Source: an uncultured Pseudomonadota bacterium
GTDB lineage: Bacteria; Oederibacteriota; Muellerivitia; Muellerivitales; Muellerivitaceae
Length of the DNA: 64,000 bases
Direction: 5' to 3'
Assembly: GCA_963843375.1 (NCBI GenBank)
Contig: CAWJKT010000008.1
Coordinates: 160,001-224,000 of the forward strand
A model generated the notes under the pieces. It was given only the letters and a program-made list of their open reading frames with translations. It was not told the DNA's origin and did no database searches. Position 1 is the first letter of the stretch; each line of letters starts with the position of its first letter. Made by a program: the position numbers and the translations under genes. Of the stretch, positions 29,598 to 39,667 are shown in pieces.

Positions 29598-29954
29598 TTA
29601 ATTTCCAAAGCCTTTTTTGATAGCGCTTTCGACATTGGGAAAAGCTTTCAAAATACTGCCAAATTCAAGGGAGTGATAAACTTCCAAAACGTCCGAGTTC
29701 ATACCCGCAAGCACCAAATCGCCATCTTGTTCGCGAATCTGTTTGATTTCGCTGATAAAAACGCCCCATCCCGCGCTGCCGATGTAATCGACACCGTTCA
29801 AGTCAATGATAAGCTTAACTTTTCTATTCACCAAAACCGAAAGAAGTTTTTTGGCGAATTCAGGGGCGGTGAGGGTATCGATTTGGCCTTTCACGGAAAG
29901 AAGCGTGATGTTTTTGTTCTGGGGATGGTCGGTGACATCAATGGCGATTTTCAT
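29598..29954 (-). CDS. STAS-domain anti-sigma factor antagonist
   Basis: KGQIDTLTAPEF and IIDLNGVDYIGSAGWGV; AGGAGG RBS. Confidence 0.9.
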   Translation of the reverse strand: MKIAIDVTDHPQNKNITLLSVKGQIDTLTAPEFAKKLLSVLVNRKVKLIIDLNGVDYIGSAGWGVFISEIKQIREQDGDLVLAGMNSDVLEVYHSLEFGSILKAFPNVESAIKKGFGN

Positions 29955-30274
29955 GGGGGGCACCTCCTGCGCTGAAAAACTAAATTTAGTTTATTCCTTT
30001 CCAAAGAAAGGATCATTAAATTTCACAAAAAAATTTGTTCGGGCGGGACCATTAAGTAGAAATTTTCGATTTGGTGGAATTTCGCGGAGGGCGAATATCC
30101 TAACGCGTGGCAAACATCCCAGACAGGGAAGTAGCCGGCGTCCCAGTGAAATTTCTAAAATTTGACATAAAATTGATTTCCGTTTGCGTCTTTCGGAATA
30201 AAAGCACCCCCAAAGCGGGGTTTTCCAGAAGGCTTCCCTTTTTTCTCTCAAAAAGAAAAAAAATTTCTCCCGGG

Positions 30275-30856
30275 TCAAACTTTTGCCATTTTGGTTTCTG
30301 GATTCGGTATGAAGCTGATTTTCGCGCCAATCATTTTTCGATAAAAGGCTAGGTCCGGGTTGATTTCTTTGGACTGGAACAAGATCAAGTAAGACCCCTC
30401 CCAAAAGGTGAACCAGCCTGCGGGCTCCAAAAGAACGACGATAAAGGTCGTCCATATATTTTTGACGGTATAGGTCAGCAGATAGGTGGCTAGGAACATA
30501 AAAGCCACACCTAGAGCGGCCATTTTGAGGCCGGTGATCCTTTCTTTTTTGAGCTTTTCTTCGAGCCTTTTGCGGTGTCGCTTGAAATGATCCCTCAGCC
30601 GGTCCTTGATTACCTGTTCCTGGCCCGCGAAACGCTTCTCCTTGGGTAATTGGAAAACGAGACTCAGGCCTCTTTCCTCTTTGGTCAAACTCGCCCTTTT
30701 CAATTCGTGGATAAAATCATCCGAGAGGGCCCGCTGGGAAAAGGGACGCGGATCGAAATCCGAGAAAATGTCGTCGTACTCGTCCAGTGCAAGGGTGATG
30801 GCTTGCGTGTTGGCGAGACCGAAGTTTTCGCTTTCTTTTCTATCCATGGAATTCAC
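30275..30856 (-). CDS. Hypothetical membrane protein
   Basis: DDIFSDFDPRPFSQRALSDD motif; two TM helices ending GWFTFWEG. Confidence 0.75.
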   Translation of the reverse strand: MNSMDRKESENFGLANTQAITLALDEYDDIFSDFDPRPFSQRALSDDFIHELKRASLTKEERGLSLVFQLPKEKRFAGQEQVIKDRLRDHFKRHRKRLEEKLKKERITGLKMAALGVAFMFLATYLLTYTVKNIWTTFIVVLLEPAGWFTFWEGSYLILFQSKEINPDLAFYRKMIGAKISFIPNPETKMAKV

Positions 30857-31003
30857 CCGGCTTCATGATCGGACCCTCCCCCCTTTTTTTCCATATCCCG
30901 GGCAAAGAAACCCATTTCAGAGAAGGGCTATGAGAATTTCCATATTCTTTTGTTTTCAGGTCCTTGGCGGATCCAGGAAAAGCGTATTTTCCGAGGCGGC
31001 ATT

Positions 31004-34000
31004 TCAAAAACCCAGACGGATTCCCCCGCCTGCTTGGTTAGAACTCCAATTCACGCGCGCCACTTCACCTTGATAATTCAAATCCGCCGAGAAGTTTTTC
31101 GTAAAAGCCATATTGAGGCCCGCCTCCACCAATAACCCATCCGGGTCCAGGGGTGGGCCGGCCACAGTGAAGGAATCCCCGGCTCCGAAACCCGCCTCCA
31201 CGATCCCCCCTTGATCATCATATTCATGCTCCCAAGACAGTGTGAGTTCCGGGGAGACCACGGTGTCGCCCAGTTTCCAATGACCGCCCGCTTGGAGTCC
31301 CAAACGACTCACTAAGGAATCCTGCGACTGGGCGGGATAGGTCAGGGGTGTCACTGAGCCCATTTCGGTAAATCCATTGAGTCCCACCCGGGTATATTGC
31401 AGCGAAGCCACCGGGCCCAGGGTTAGATTTCTCACTTTCCACCCGTATCCCAGTTCCATCGCCCCGCTCCATTCCGATCCCTGAGTTTGGCCCGAAGCAA
31501 CTCCCTCATAGGATTGCCGCAGGGTGTTGTATTGGTTGATTCCTCCCTCTACCAGGCCGTCCGCGTAAAAACCGTATGAAGTGAAGAGGCCATAAAGCCC
31601 GAAGTCGCCGCCGCCTGCGCTTAAGGTTCCTCCTCCATCCAGCGTTATATTGGATTGGCCAAACCCGGCCATCAGTCCCAGCGCAAAATCCGGCGAAAGC
31701 CTCACATCGGCCCCCGCCCCGGTGAGCCCGTAAGTGGTCACCTGGTAGCCCGCCGCGTTCGCGTTTCCACTCACGTTGAGAATCCCCCCGTTGCCGGATA
31801 CAAAACCGCTCCAGTCCCCCTCCCGCTGCGTGGCCATTGAGGCTTCCTCCACCGGCGTCAGGTTGCCCGCAAAAAGAGGCGTATCGGAGTTGGAATAACC
31901 GGGCAAGGAAAACCGGGGCGGCTGGGCGTCCCTCAATTCCCAAAGTCTCTGATCCACCAGGGCGGCGCGCGAAGCGGCTCCGGCGAATCCCGCCTGGAAT
32001 AGCGCCGAAAGACCCGCGGGTGAGACCTCGTTTTCCGCCGCCTGAAGGGAACTACCCGACAGGGCACCCAATTGGGACATCATTCCCATCAGTTGGGGAT
32101 TAAAAACGTTGGTATCCAAATCCGCCCCGATGGCTTTCTGATTGGAGGTCAAACTGGCGGCCACAAATGAGGGAATGATGGATTCCAATTCCACACCGTT
32201 GTTGTAATAAAGCGGAAGGAGCCTTATGTCTCCCAGGCTTTCTTCCACCTGTTGAAAGGTTCCTGTCAGGGTTCCCGAAGACGAAAGCGCCACAAGGGAA
32301 CTTCCCAGGGCGGGCGCGCTCAACCCACCGTAGGAATAAAGATTCAGGGTGCCGCCCAAGGTGACGTTTCCAATCACGCTCACCGTGTCGTAATAGGCGG
32401 CCTGTGAACCTCCCAATCCGAGTTTCAAGGTCCCCTGTGAAGTCTGGCTGTAATTGCCCCCGATCACCAGTCCGACGGGATAACCCGCGCTCTCAAGCGT
32501 GCCATCGTTCACCGAAACGGAACCCAAACCCAGGGCTTGGGAGTTGCCAAAGGCCAGCGCGCCTGAATCCAATACGGTGCCGCCGCTATAGGTATTGGCT
32601 CCGGTGAGGGTCAGCGTCCCCGTTCCAATCTTCGTCAGGGAAGCACCTGTTCCACCACCACTAGCACCTCCATCGTTGATCGAACCCGAAACCGTTGTGC
32701 TTAGGTCGTTTCCACCCGTGAAGAGATCCACTCTTCCCAGGTCATAAACGCCGCCTCCAGCGATGGACCCAATAGTCATAGCCCCGCCCGCCACGGTGGA
32801 AGCGTCACTGCCGCTGAAGTCCACCACACCCGTGCCGTTGTTGATGAGTTGGGCATTATCCCCGGTGGAATCATCATAAAAGTAAACAAGACCGCTGTTA
32901 TTCACGATGGTGGCCGAACCCGCCGAGGAAGAATCCAGAAAGACCAGGTCGCTGTAATTCAGGATGGTGTTTTGCACGATAGAGGAGGTGAGGTAGCCTA
33001 AGAGAGCCCCATCGAGAACGACTACGGTGCCGGTGCCAGGCTTTCCGACTCCTTCCACATTTAATTGGCCGTTCACCACGGTGGTGCCGCCCGTATAGGA
33101 ACAGACGCTGGAGAGAGCCAAATTGCCCGACCCAATTTTTTCCAGGGTTACATTGCCCTCCAAGGGCCCCGCAATCCCGATAGCGCCAGAGGAGACCTCC
33201 AGAAGTGCATTGCTGCCGTTGATGGAAATGGCCCCCTGGCTTTCCAGGTCTCCGATGGAAACCAAAGCCTGGCCCTGGGCCCCATTGGAGCCCGAAGTGC
33301 TTCCCGATCCGCCCAGGCCACCGGAGCCACCTGTAATGTCCAACACATCCACCGACGTCAAGGAAGCTGACCCGGCGTAGAGGCTGACATTCCCGCCGTT
33401 TCCTCCGGCTCCCCCGGGGTTGCCCGAACCACTACCTCCGGCCCCGCCCGTACCGCCGGTCAAAGTCAGGGCGGACCCGCCATTCATGCTGAGGGTCCCC
33501 AAAGTAACGGCCAGGTCTCCGCCGTTGCCGCCGTCGCCCGTGAAGGTTCCCTGGCTGCCCAAACCCCCGGTACCTGCCGACACCTTGAAACCGGCCCCCG
33601 AACCCGTAATGGAAAGAACGCCCAACGAAACGCCCGCTGAACCACCATTTCCTCCCGAACCGGATACATAGGAATCGCCTCCTGCGCCGGCCGTCGCCAG
33701 AAGTTCTGCGCTTCCCGAAAGGGTAACCATTCCACCCCATACTTGGACGTTTCCGCCCTGGCCTGTTAGATAGTTGGAAGGCCCCCCATTGCCCCCAAGG
33801 ACTTCCAAATATTCGGAAGACTGGTTGATCGAGCCGATGTTAACCGAAGCGTCCCCGCCCGCGCCCGAAAGGGAAACCCCGCTTCCCCCGGTTCCGCCTT
33901 GGACGACCAGGATGGTGGAGAGGGTGACTGAACCCGTCTCCAGGTCGGCCCCCCCGCCTGTACCTCCGGTAACCCCGGCCCCGCCTTGCCCGCCTTGGAG

Positions 34001-34942
34001 AATGACATTACCCAACGATGAAACAGAAAGTTCATTATAAATAGTAAAATCAACCGACCCGCCATTTCCCCCCTGGGGAGTGCCGGTTCCCAGGTCGGTT
34101 ACCCCGCCGCCACTTCCTGCGGTAAACTGGACACCGTCCCCGCCGAGGGAACAATTGTTTCCTTGGACAACCACCGATCCCCCATTCCCCCCCAGGTTCC
34201 CCATGCCGTTGGTATTGCTCACTGCCCCACCCGTCCCTGCGTTGACTAGTAGATAGCTGCCCGTGAAGTTCAGGGTGTCGAAACTTAAACTAACCGATCC
34301 CCCGTTGCCGCCCTGATCCTGGTAGCCCAAACCGTCGGAAACCGAGCCGCCAGCACCCGCGTTGATCTGTATCAGCGAATTGTCACCGGTGTTCCAGGTC
34401 CCGCCGATGACCATTTGAACATTCCCACCCGCTTGGCCAGTAACCCCGCTGGAGGAGGTTTGGGTGGAAGGCGCCGTAGCCCCGTAAAGGAATAAATCGT
34501 CGTCAGGATCCATAGCCCATCCGGCCGCCGTCACCGAAACATCCAAATCCGTGCCCAAGCCCCCGTTGTTTTCAAGGGTTAGGTATTGGACTTGTTGGAT
34601 GAAATTTTGCTGGAAATCGAACTGGGATTGGGCGTCGTTTTGTCCCTCGATTTGCACCGAGGAACCCTGAAAAGTCACGGCCTGGGAAAGGGGCGTGAAT
34701 GGCAAAGAGAGCGTAATAGGTAAGGATTCCTCAAAAGTAATGGCCCCGGCTGCATCCGAAGCGTTGAGCCCAGTCACGGCCGCGCCAAGTGAGCCGGGAC
34801 TGTCATCTCCGGCGTTATCATTCACCAAGTAAGTATTTTGGGCTAAAAGGGAGAGAGGCAGAAAGAAAAGGATCCCGGCCAACCATGCAATCCATGTCTC
34901 CCTTGATATTCTTTTCAAAAAAGTTTTCAGAAAAGCAGACAT
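31004..34942 (-). CDS. Autotransporter with Gly-rich passenger
   Basis: GGxGG repeats, PATR repeats (LTKIGTGTLTLTGANTYSGGT), C-terminal barrel ending IRLGF. Confidence 0.92.
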   Translation of the reverse strand: MSAFLKTFLKRISRETWIAWLAGILFFLPLSLLAQNTYLVNDNAGDDSPGSLGAAVTGLNASDAAGAITFEESLPITLSLPFTPLSQAVTFQGSSVQIEGQNDAQSQFDFQQNFIQQVQYLTLENNGGLGTDLDVSVTAAGWAMDPDDDLFLYGATAPSTQTSSSGVTGQAGGNVQMVIGGTWNTGDNSLIQINAGAGGSVSDGLGYQDQGGNGGSVSLSFDTLNFTGSYLLVNAGTGGAVSNTNGMGNLGGNGGSVVVQGNNCSLGGDGVQFTAGSGGGVTDLGTGTPQGGNGGSVDFTIYNELSVSSLGNVILQGGQGGAGVTGGTGGGADLETGSVTLSTILVVQGGTGGSGVSLSGAGGDASVNIGSINQSSEYLEVLGGNGGPSNYLTGQGGNVQVWGGMVTLSGSAELLATAGAGGDSYVSGSGGNGGSAGVSLGVLSITGSGAGFKVSAGTGGLGSQGTFTGDGGNGGDLAVTLGTLSMNGGSALTLTGGTGGAGGSGSGNPGGAGGNGGNVSLYAGSASLTSVDVLDITGGSGGLGGSGSTSGSNGAQGQALVSIGDLESQGAISINGSNALLEVSSGAIGIAGPLEGNVTLEKIGSGNLALSSVCSYTGGTTVVNGQLNVEGVGKPGTGTVVVLDGALLGYLTSSIVQNTILNYSDLVFLDSSSAGSATIVNNSGLVYFYDDSTGDNAQLINNGTGVVDFSGSDASTVAGGAMTIGSIAGGGVYDLGRVDLFTGGNDLSTTVSGSINDGGASGGGTGASLTKIGTGTLTLTGANTYSGGTVLDSGALAFGNSQALGLGSVSVNDGTLESAGYPVGLVIGGNYSQTSQGTLKLGLGGSQAAYYDTVSVIGNVTLGGTLNLYSYGGLSAPALGSSLVALSSSGTLTGTFQQVEESLGDIRLLPLYYNNGVELESIIPSFVAASLTSNQKAIGADLDTNVFNPQLMGMMSQLGALSGSSLQAAENEVSPAGLSALFQAGFAGAASRAALVDQRLWELRDAQPPRFSLPGYSNSDTPLFAGNLTPVEEASMATQREGDWSGFVSGNGGILNVSGNANAAGYQVTTYGLTGAGADVRLSPDFALGLMAGFGQSNITLDGGGTLSAGGGDFGLYGLFTSYGFYADGLVEGGINQYNTLRQSYEGVASGQTQGSEWSGAMELGYGWKVRNLTLGPVASLQYTRVGLNGFTEMGSVTPLTYPAQSQDSLVSRLGLQAGGHWKLGDTVVSPELTLSWEHEYDDQGGIVEAGFGAGDSFTVAGPPLDPDGLLVEAGLNMAFTKNFSADLNYQGEVARVNWSSNQAGGGIRLGF

Positions 34943-35097
34943 GGAATCTCCCTTGGGGTTCGGACTTTCTTAAACCTACCGGATCATTTTACCCCTTTTT
35001 CATTAAGGAAAGTTCTTGCGGAGCTGGCTTTGTTGTCGGGGAAAAACCCCAAAACAAAGCCCTTACACTACATCGACCCCTTGTTTGATAAGCATTC

Positions 35098-35125
35098 TTC
35101 AAAAAATAGTGATTCAACGTATAAT
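35098..35125 (+). promoter_or_regulatory. Sigma70-type promoter, probably giving a leaderless mRNA
   Basis: TTCAAA-N16-TATAAT, 6 nt before ATG 35132; no RBS. Confidence 0.5.
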
Positions 35126-35131
35126 CTCTAT

Positions 35132-35998
35132 ATGAGATGCCCTGAATGCGACTTGGAACAACACGACAACGCGGCTCTTTGCTCTGGATGCGGCTTGAGT
35201 TTCGCGATGTGGCGCCAACATAATCCCCCGGCGAAAAAAGCGGCCCCTGATCCCCCGAAAGAAATGACCTTCCCTGTTCCAGAGGAAAAGTCGGCCCCTC
35301 AGGACAAAGCCGCCACGACGGATCCACCCATGGAATCACCCTCAACCGAGGTTCCAATTCATAACTTTAAATTAGAAGGCGACCCCGGCGAAAGCAAAGG
35401 TTTCCAATGGAAACCCTTCTATTGGGCCGGTCTTGGCCTTATCCTGGGCCTGATATTGGGGTCCTTTTATTTTGTTCACCAGGCCTCCAATCCCCCTTCG
35501 GGGGACGAAAAACCAGTTCCCCTGGCCATGGTCACTCCCGGCACATCTTCCTTCCCCGGCATGAGCACGCCTGCGACTTCCACCCCGACGAATGAAACCA
35601 CCCCCGAGGAAACCCCCTTCGATTCACAAGCCAATCCCGCCGCCGGCACCAATAACAACTCCACTTCCGACCAAGCTCCCACTCCCATTCCTACCGAAGA
35701 ACCGGCACCCACTTCAACTCCTGTCCCGGTCGCCCCCGCGAATACACCGGGCCAGTCGGCCGCAGCCCCCGCCGCCCCGGTGGATTCCTCCACCACGCCG
35801 GCCGCGGCCGCTGCCCCCGACACCCCAGCGGATTCGGCTACGGTCACTTCACCCGCTTCGCCTAACAACCCGGGCGAGGGATCAGGTTCGCCAGCGCCCA
35901 ATAACCCTGTTTCCGCCGCGCCGGCACCCGCCTCCAGCCCTGATCTTTTGGAATCCTCCCAGCCCTTGCCCACCCCCACCGCCATCCCGGTACCCTGA
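35132..35998 (+). CDS. Zinc-ribbon, single-TM, Pro/Ala/Thr-rich protein
   Basis: MRCPEC...CSGCG, TM helix, low-complexity tail. Confidence 0.75.
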   Translation: MRCPECDLEQHDNAALCSGCGLSFAMWRQHNPPAKKAAPDPPKEMTFPVPEEKSAPQDKAATTDPPMESPSTEVPIHNFKLEGDPGESKGFQWKPFYWAGLGLILGLILGSFYFVHQASNPPSGDEKPVPLAMVTPGTSSFPGMSTPATSTPTNETTPEETPFDSQANPAAGTNNNSTSDQAPTPIPTEEPAPTSTPVPVAPANTPGQSAAAPAAPVDSSTTPAAAAAPDTPADSATVTSPASPNNPGEGSGSPAPNNPVSAAPAPASSPDLLESSQPLPTPTAIPVP

Positions 35999-36117
35999 CT
36001 CATCGTTAAATTTCCCCAAAAACAAAAGGCCTTTTTCAGTTTAAAGTCCGGGTTAACCGCCAAGAAACGGCAAAATTGAAGTTAGAGAAATAACGGAATT
36101 CCGCGCCACAAAAATTT

Positions 36118-37593
36118 TTATCTCAAATCCGAGGAACGGTCGGCGGGGATTTTCAACTCCGACATGAGTTCGGCTGTGGCCTGCGGGGCTTTGGCGGCAT
36201 CAAAAACGATCCGGGAGCCGAACCAGGTGTGGTCGTCAAGTTCGATCACCTGATAGCCTCCCATCGGGTTTTGGAATGCGGCGATAAGGTCTTTTATTTC
36301 CGAAATGGGGCGTCCGTTCACCTTCTGGACGATAAGGTTGGTTTGCTGGTCGTAACCGACGTTGATGTCATGTGGAAGCACATGGCTGAGTAAAACAACC
36401 TGCTTTCGCTCCGGCGTGGGATCACCGTGGAAAAAGAGGTCCTTCAATTCCGGCTTAAAGCTTTCCCAATCTCCCGAGCCAAAATAATTGGCGGTCAAAG
36501 GGACGAAAACAAAACCCGCATAAAAGTAATACGTGGGATGGATATTGTCTGGTCGAAAGGGGACGAGTTTGGAAGGCGGCTTGAGGGGCACTTCCACTTT
36601 CATCGGATGACCGTCCCGAAGAATTTCCAAGCTGGTTTTCTCACCCATCAGGTAAAAGGTGATCAGATAGGTCCAATCGATCCTCTCGGATTTGGCCAGA
36701 GTGATATCGCCCTCATTGTCGATGGGATGGCCGTCAATGGCGGTCAGGATGTCCCCTGCCTGAAGAAACCCGTCCGCGGAACCACCGTAAATGACTTTCG
36801 TGACCACCACCCCGGTTTTATCCGGGGATAGCTTGTCGTAGGCTTGAAGTGAGGGGTTTTCCAAATTCTGAACGAAAACGCCGATGTCAGGGAACCCGTC
36901 GTACCGCTTTCCCTTTTCAGTCCCCTTTAAAAACCGCTGGACCACGTTGATAGGAATAAAGGAACCCGTTTTATCGGGGACATGCCAGGACTCAAAAGGA
37001 AGACCGACGAATTTTCCGTTGCTGAACACACCGCAACCGTCTTTCTTGGTGTCAATCGGGTTGTAGGTGATCAGGCCCGGCACAAAGCGCATGGATTCAG
37101 TGGAGTAAACCATATCAAGTCCCGAAACGGTGTCTTCCTTGACCGAAATCTCGTCGCCCCCGTGGATCACGACCTTATCCCCAGGCGCGGGCAACTCGCC
37201 GAATTCCACGGGTTCCGCGTCCTTGAAGAAGTCCTTGTCCTCCAGCGAGAGAAGGGCCAAATCCATGTCATAACCCACCTGATCCACCTTCGCCACGTAC
37301 CGTTTGGTTTCCCCAAACTTTTGCACCTCGATGTAATTGGCCTTATTGGCGAACTGGGCCGTCGTGAGAATTCGCCCGCCGGGAATCACCACCCCGCATC
37401 CCTCCAATTGAACCTGCGATCCCGGTTTCCAGGGTTCATAAAAATCCACGTTTTGAACCGTGGAAAAAACCTTGACCACGGATTTTTTCAGGTCCCCCGC
37501 CTTATGCCAACGGCAAGCGGGAAGGAAAAGAATCGCGCATGACAAAAACAGGACTTGCACGGAAGGGGCGGAGCCTTTCAAAATATTCCTCAT
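36118..37593 (-). CDS. Deg/HtrA-like (Deg2-type) PDZ protein, catalytically dead, predicted lipoprotein
   Basis: Colinear with the upstream protease but TAQ replaces NAH and TKKDGC replaces PGNSGG; lipobox LPAC. Confidence 0.85.
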   Translation of the reverse strand: MRNILKGSAPSVQVLFLSCAILFLPACRWHKAGDLKKSVVKVFSTVQNVDFYEPWKPGSQVQLEGCGVVIPGGRILTTAQFANKANYIEVQKFGETKRYVAKVDQVGYDMDLALLSLEDKDFFKDAEPVEFGELPAPGDKVVIHGGDEISVKEDTVSGLDMVYSTESMRFVPGLITYNPIDTKKDGCGVFSNGKFVGLPFESWHVPDKTGSFIPINVVQRFLKGTEKGKRYDGFPDIGVFVQNLENPSLQAYDKLSPDKTGVVVTKVIYGGSADGFLQAGDILTAIDGHPIDNEGDITLAKSERIDWTYLITFYLMGEKTSLEILRDGHPMKVEVPLKPPSKLVPFRPDNIHPTYYFYAGFVFVPLTANYFGSGDWESFKPELKDLFFHGDPTPERKQVVLLSHVLPHDINVGYDQQTNLIVQKVNGRPISEIKDLIAAFQNPMGGYQVIELDDHTWFGSRIVFDAAKAPQATAELMSELKIPADRSSDLR

Positions 37594-39086
37594 TTCAAAT
37601 CCTGCGAGCGATCGTCCGGTATATTGTTCTGCGCCAGGATTTCCGTGGTGGCCTGCTTCGACTTGTCGGCGTCCAGGACGATTTTCGTCCCCACCTCCGC
37701 CGGATTATCAAATTCGATGACGTGCCGCCCTTGCTGGGGATTTTCAAAGGCACGGATCAAATCCTTCATTTGTGTAATGGGAATTCCGTTTACCTTTTCC
37801 ACGATCAAATTAGAGTATTTGGCCCCATATCCCTTGTTGATCTCATGGGAAAGAATATGGCTCATGAGGACGATCTGTTTTTGGTTTTCCGATGGCAACC
37901 CGTCGAAGTAAAGAGGCATGAAACCCAGAGGCGGGTTCTTGGTGATTTGCAGGTAATTGGAGTTGAGAGGCGTGAAGACCAGACCGCCGAAGATGAAATA
38001 AGTGGGGTTGACGTCGTATTTCACGAAAGGGACCAGGCGCGCGTCGTCTTTCAAGGTGACTGAAATCCTGAGCGGCTTTTTATTGCGCAGGATTTTTAAA
38101 ACCATTTCTCCCCCAATCTTGTGGAGGCACAGAGGGTAGGTGAAATTGAGCCTTTCGCCCTTGTGGAACGGGATGGTGCCATCGTTGGCAATGGGAAAAC
38201 CGTCAATCGAAAGGAGGATGTCATTTTCCAGGACCTTGTCCCAGGCGGAGGAATGATAAACCACTTTGGAAACGAGAAGACCCGTCTGGTCCGGTTTCAT
38301 TCCGTAATAGTCCCGGAGGGAGTCGTTCTCCATGTGTTCAGTGTAGAGTCCCAATGTGGGAACGGGGCTGTAACTTCCCTTTTTGATCTGCTTCAAGAAC
38401 CGCTGGATGAGCAGAACGGGGACGATGTAACCGGTATTTTGGGCGACGGCAGCGTTATATCCCTGAAAGGCGACGCCAACCAGTTTTTTGCGGCTGAAGA
38501 CCGGCCCCCCGCTGTTGCCGGGATTTATGGCCGCATCCGTCTGAATGCCCAGGAGGTTTCGCATGGAGTGGCTGTATTGGATGACCTCAATGCGGGAAAC
38601 TTCCCCATCGGTGATGGACAAGTCTTCTCCCCCCACCGGGTAGCCGTAGACCTCGACTTTATCCTTCAAAGCCGGCAGGCCCCCGAACTTGACCGGTTTG
38701 GTTCCGCGGAAGAACTTCGGGTCGTCAACCTTCAGGATGGCTAGGTCGCAATCATGGGCGACATATATTTTTTTGGCGGTGTATTTTTTGGAGTCTCCGT
38801 CCTTGAGGACTTGGATGAAAATCTCGTCCGAAACCACGTGGGCATTGGTCAGGATGCGGTTCCCGGAAATGACGCACCCGCTGCCGCTGACGTTTTCCTG
38901 GGATCCTACCCTCCAGGGCTCGTAGTAGTTCGGCTTTTGCATCGTCGTGAATATTTTGACCAGGCATTTTCGCAATGGGTCTTCACTGGCAGCGGAGATC
39001 CGGGGATATGAGGAAAAAAGGACAAGGAGGACGAATAGAGTGGAAACACGGAACAAGGGACCGAGACGGCGGGTCTTGGGGCTCAA
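37590..39086 (-). CDS. Deg/HtrA serine protease (Deg2-type, two PDZ domains)
   Basis: ILTNAHVV, CDLAIL, AINPGNSGGP and FGGLVFTPL; probable TTG start after GGAG. Confidence 0.92.
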   Translation of the reverse strand: MSPKTRRLGPLFRVSTLFVLLVLFSSYPRISAASEDPLRKCLVKIFTTMQKPNYYEPWRVGSQENVSGSGCVISGNRILTNAHVVSDEIFIQVLKDGDSKKYTAKKIYVAHDCDLAILKVDDPKFFRGTKPVKFGGLPALKDKVEVYGYPVGGEDLSITDGEVSRIEVIQYSHSMRNLLGIQTDAAINPGNSGGPVFSRKKLVGVAFQGYNAAVAQNTGYIVPVLLIQRFLKQIKKGSYSPVPTLGLYTEHMENDSLRDYYGMKPDQTGLLVSKVVYHSSAWDKVLENDILLSIDGFPIANDGTIPFHKGERLNFTYPLCLHKIGGEMVLKILRNKKPLRISVTLKDDARLVPFVKYDVNPTYFIFGGLVFTPLNSNYLQITKNPPLGFMPLYFDGLPSENQKQIVLMSHILSHEINKGYGAKYSNLIVEKVNGIPITQMKDLIRAFENPQQGRHVIEFDNPAEVGTKIVLDADKSKQATTEILAQNNIPDDRSQDLK

Positions 39087-39202
39087 TGAATTCTCCACTC
39101 CATGCTCGTCCTTAATAAGATGACACCTAACCATCTAAAACGCGTCCAGTTTAACATGAGGCTTCGAGCCCGGCGGACAAAAACCTCGCGAACCATCCAT
39201 CT

Positions 39203-39631
39203 TCAGCGCATTAAAACCAACTCCGGGATGGCGTCGCTGTCCACCCACACCACCGCGTTTTGCTTGTATTTCACCGCCATTTCCTTCGCGGTTTCCAGGG
39301 TCACCCCCAGCACCAAAAAGCTCGGCTCGGCTTTCCAGTGTCCACTAGGGTCGCCTCCCACGCCTTCGAAGAATGGCAACTTCATTTGGGTCAAATCATT
39401 CTTCAAATGCTTGTGAGCCCGGATATTGAGGTTGCGGTCAGTCTTCCGGCTATAGGGATTATAGGCCGTGAGGTACATTGCGCTCTCGCGGCCCTTTTCC
39501 TCATAGAGCTTGGCCAACTCGATGGATTTTTTCCAGATCCTCAAGACAAAACCCGGCGGCCCTGTTACGCGGTAGTGGGCCGTGTTGTAGGCATTGATCA
39601 GGGTCTTCGAAAGCTTGGTTTGTGCCGGCAT
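39203..39631 (-). CDS. DUF3293 family protein
   Basis: AYNTAHY, LTAYNPYS, W..EPSF and YKQNAVVW motifs. Confidence 0.85.
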   Translation of the reverse strand: MPAQTKLSKTLINAYNTAHYRVTGPPGFVLRIWKKSIELAKLYEEKGRESAMYLTAYNPYSRKTDRNLNIRAHKHLKNDLTQMKLPFFEGVGGDPSGHWKAEPSFLVLGVTLETAKEMAVKYKQNAVVWVDSDAIPELVLMR

Positions 39632-39667
39632 AAAACACCTTTGAAATTTTTTCGAAAAGCGGCGGGC

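Noticed and set aside
30100..30200. c-di-GMP-I riboswitch fragments (GGCAAAC; GAAAGACGCAAA) near the STAS gene
   Set aside because: The pieces lie on opposite strands and do not form the P2/P3 arrangement
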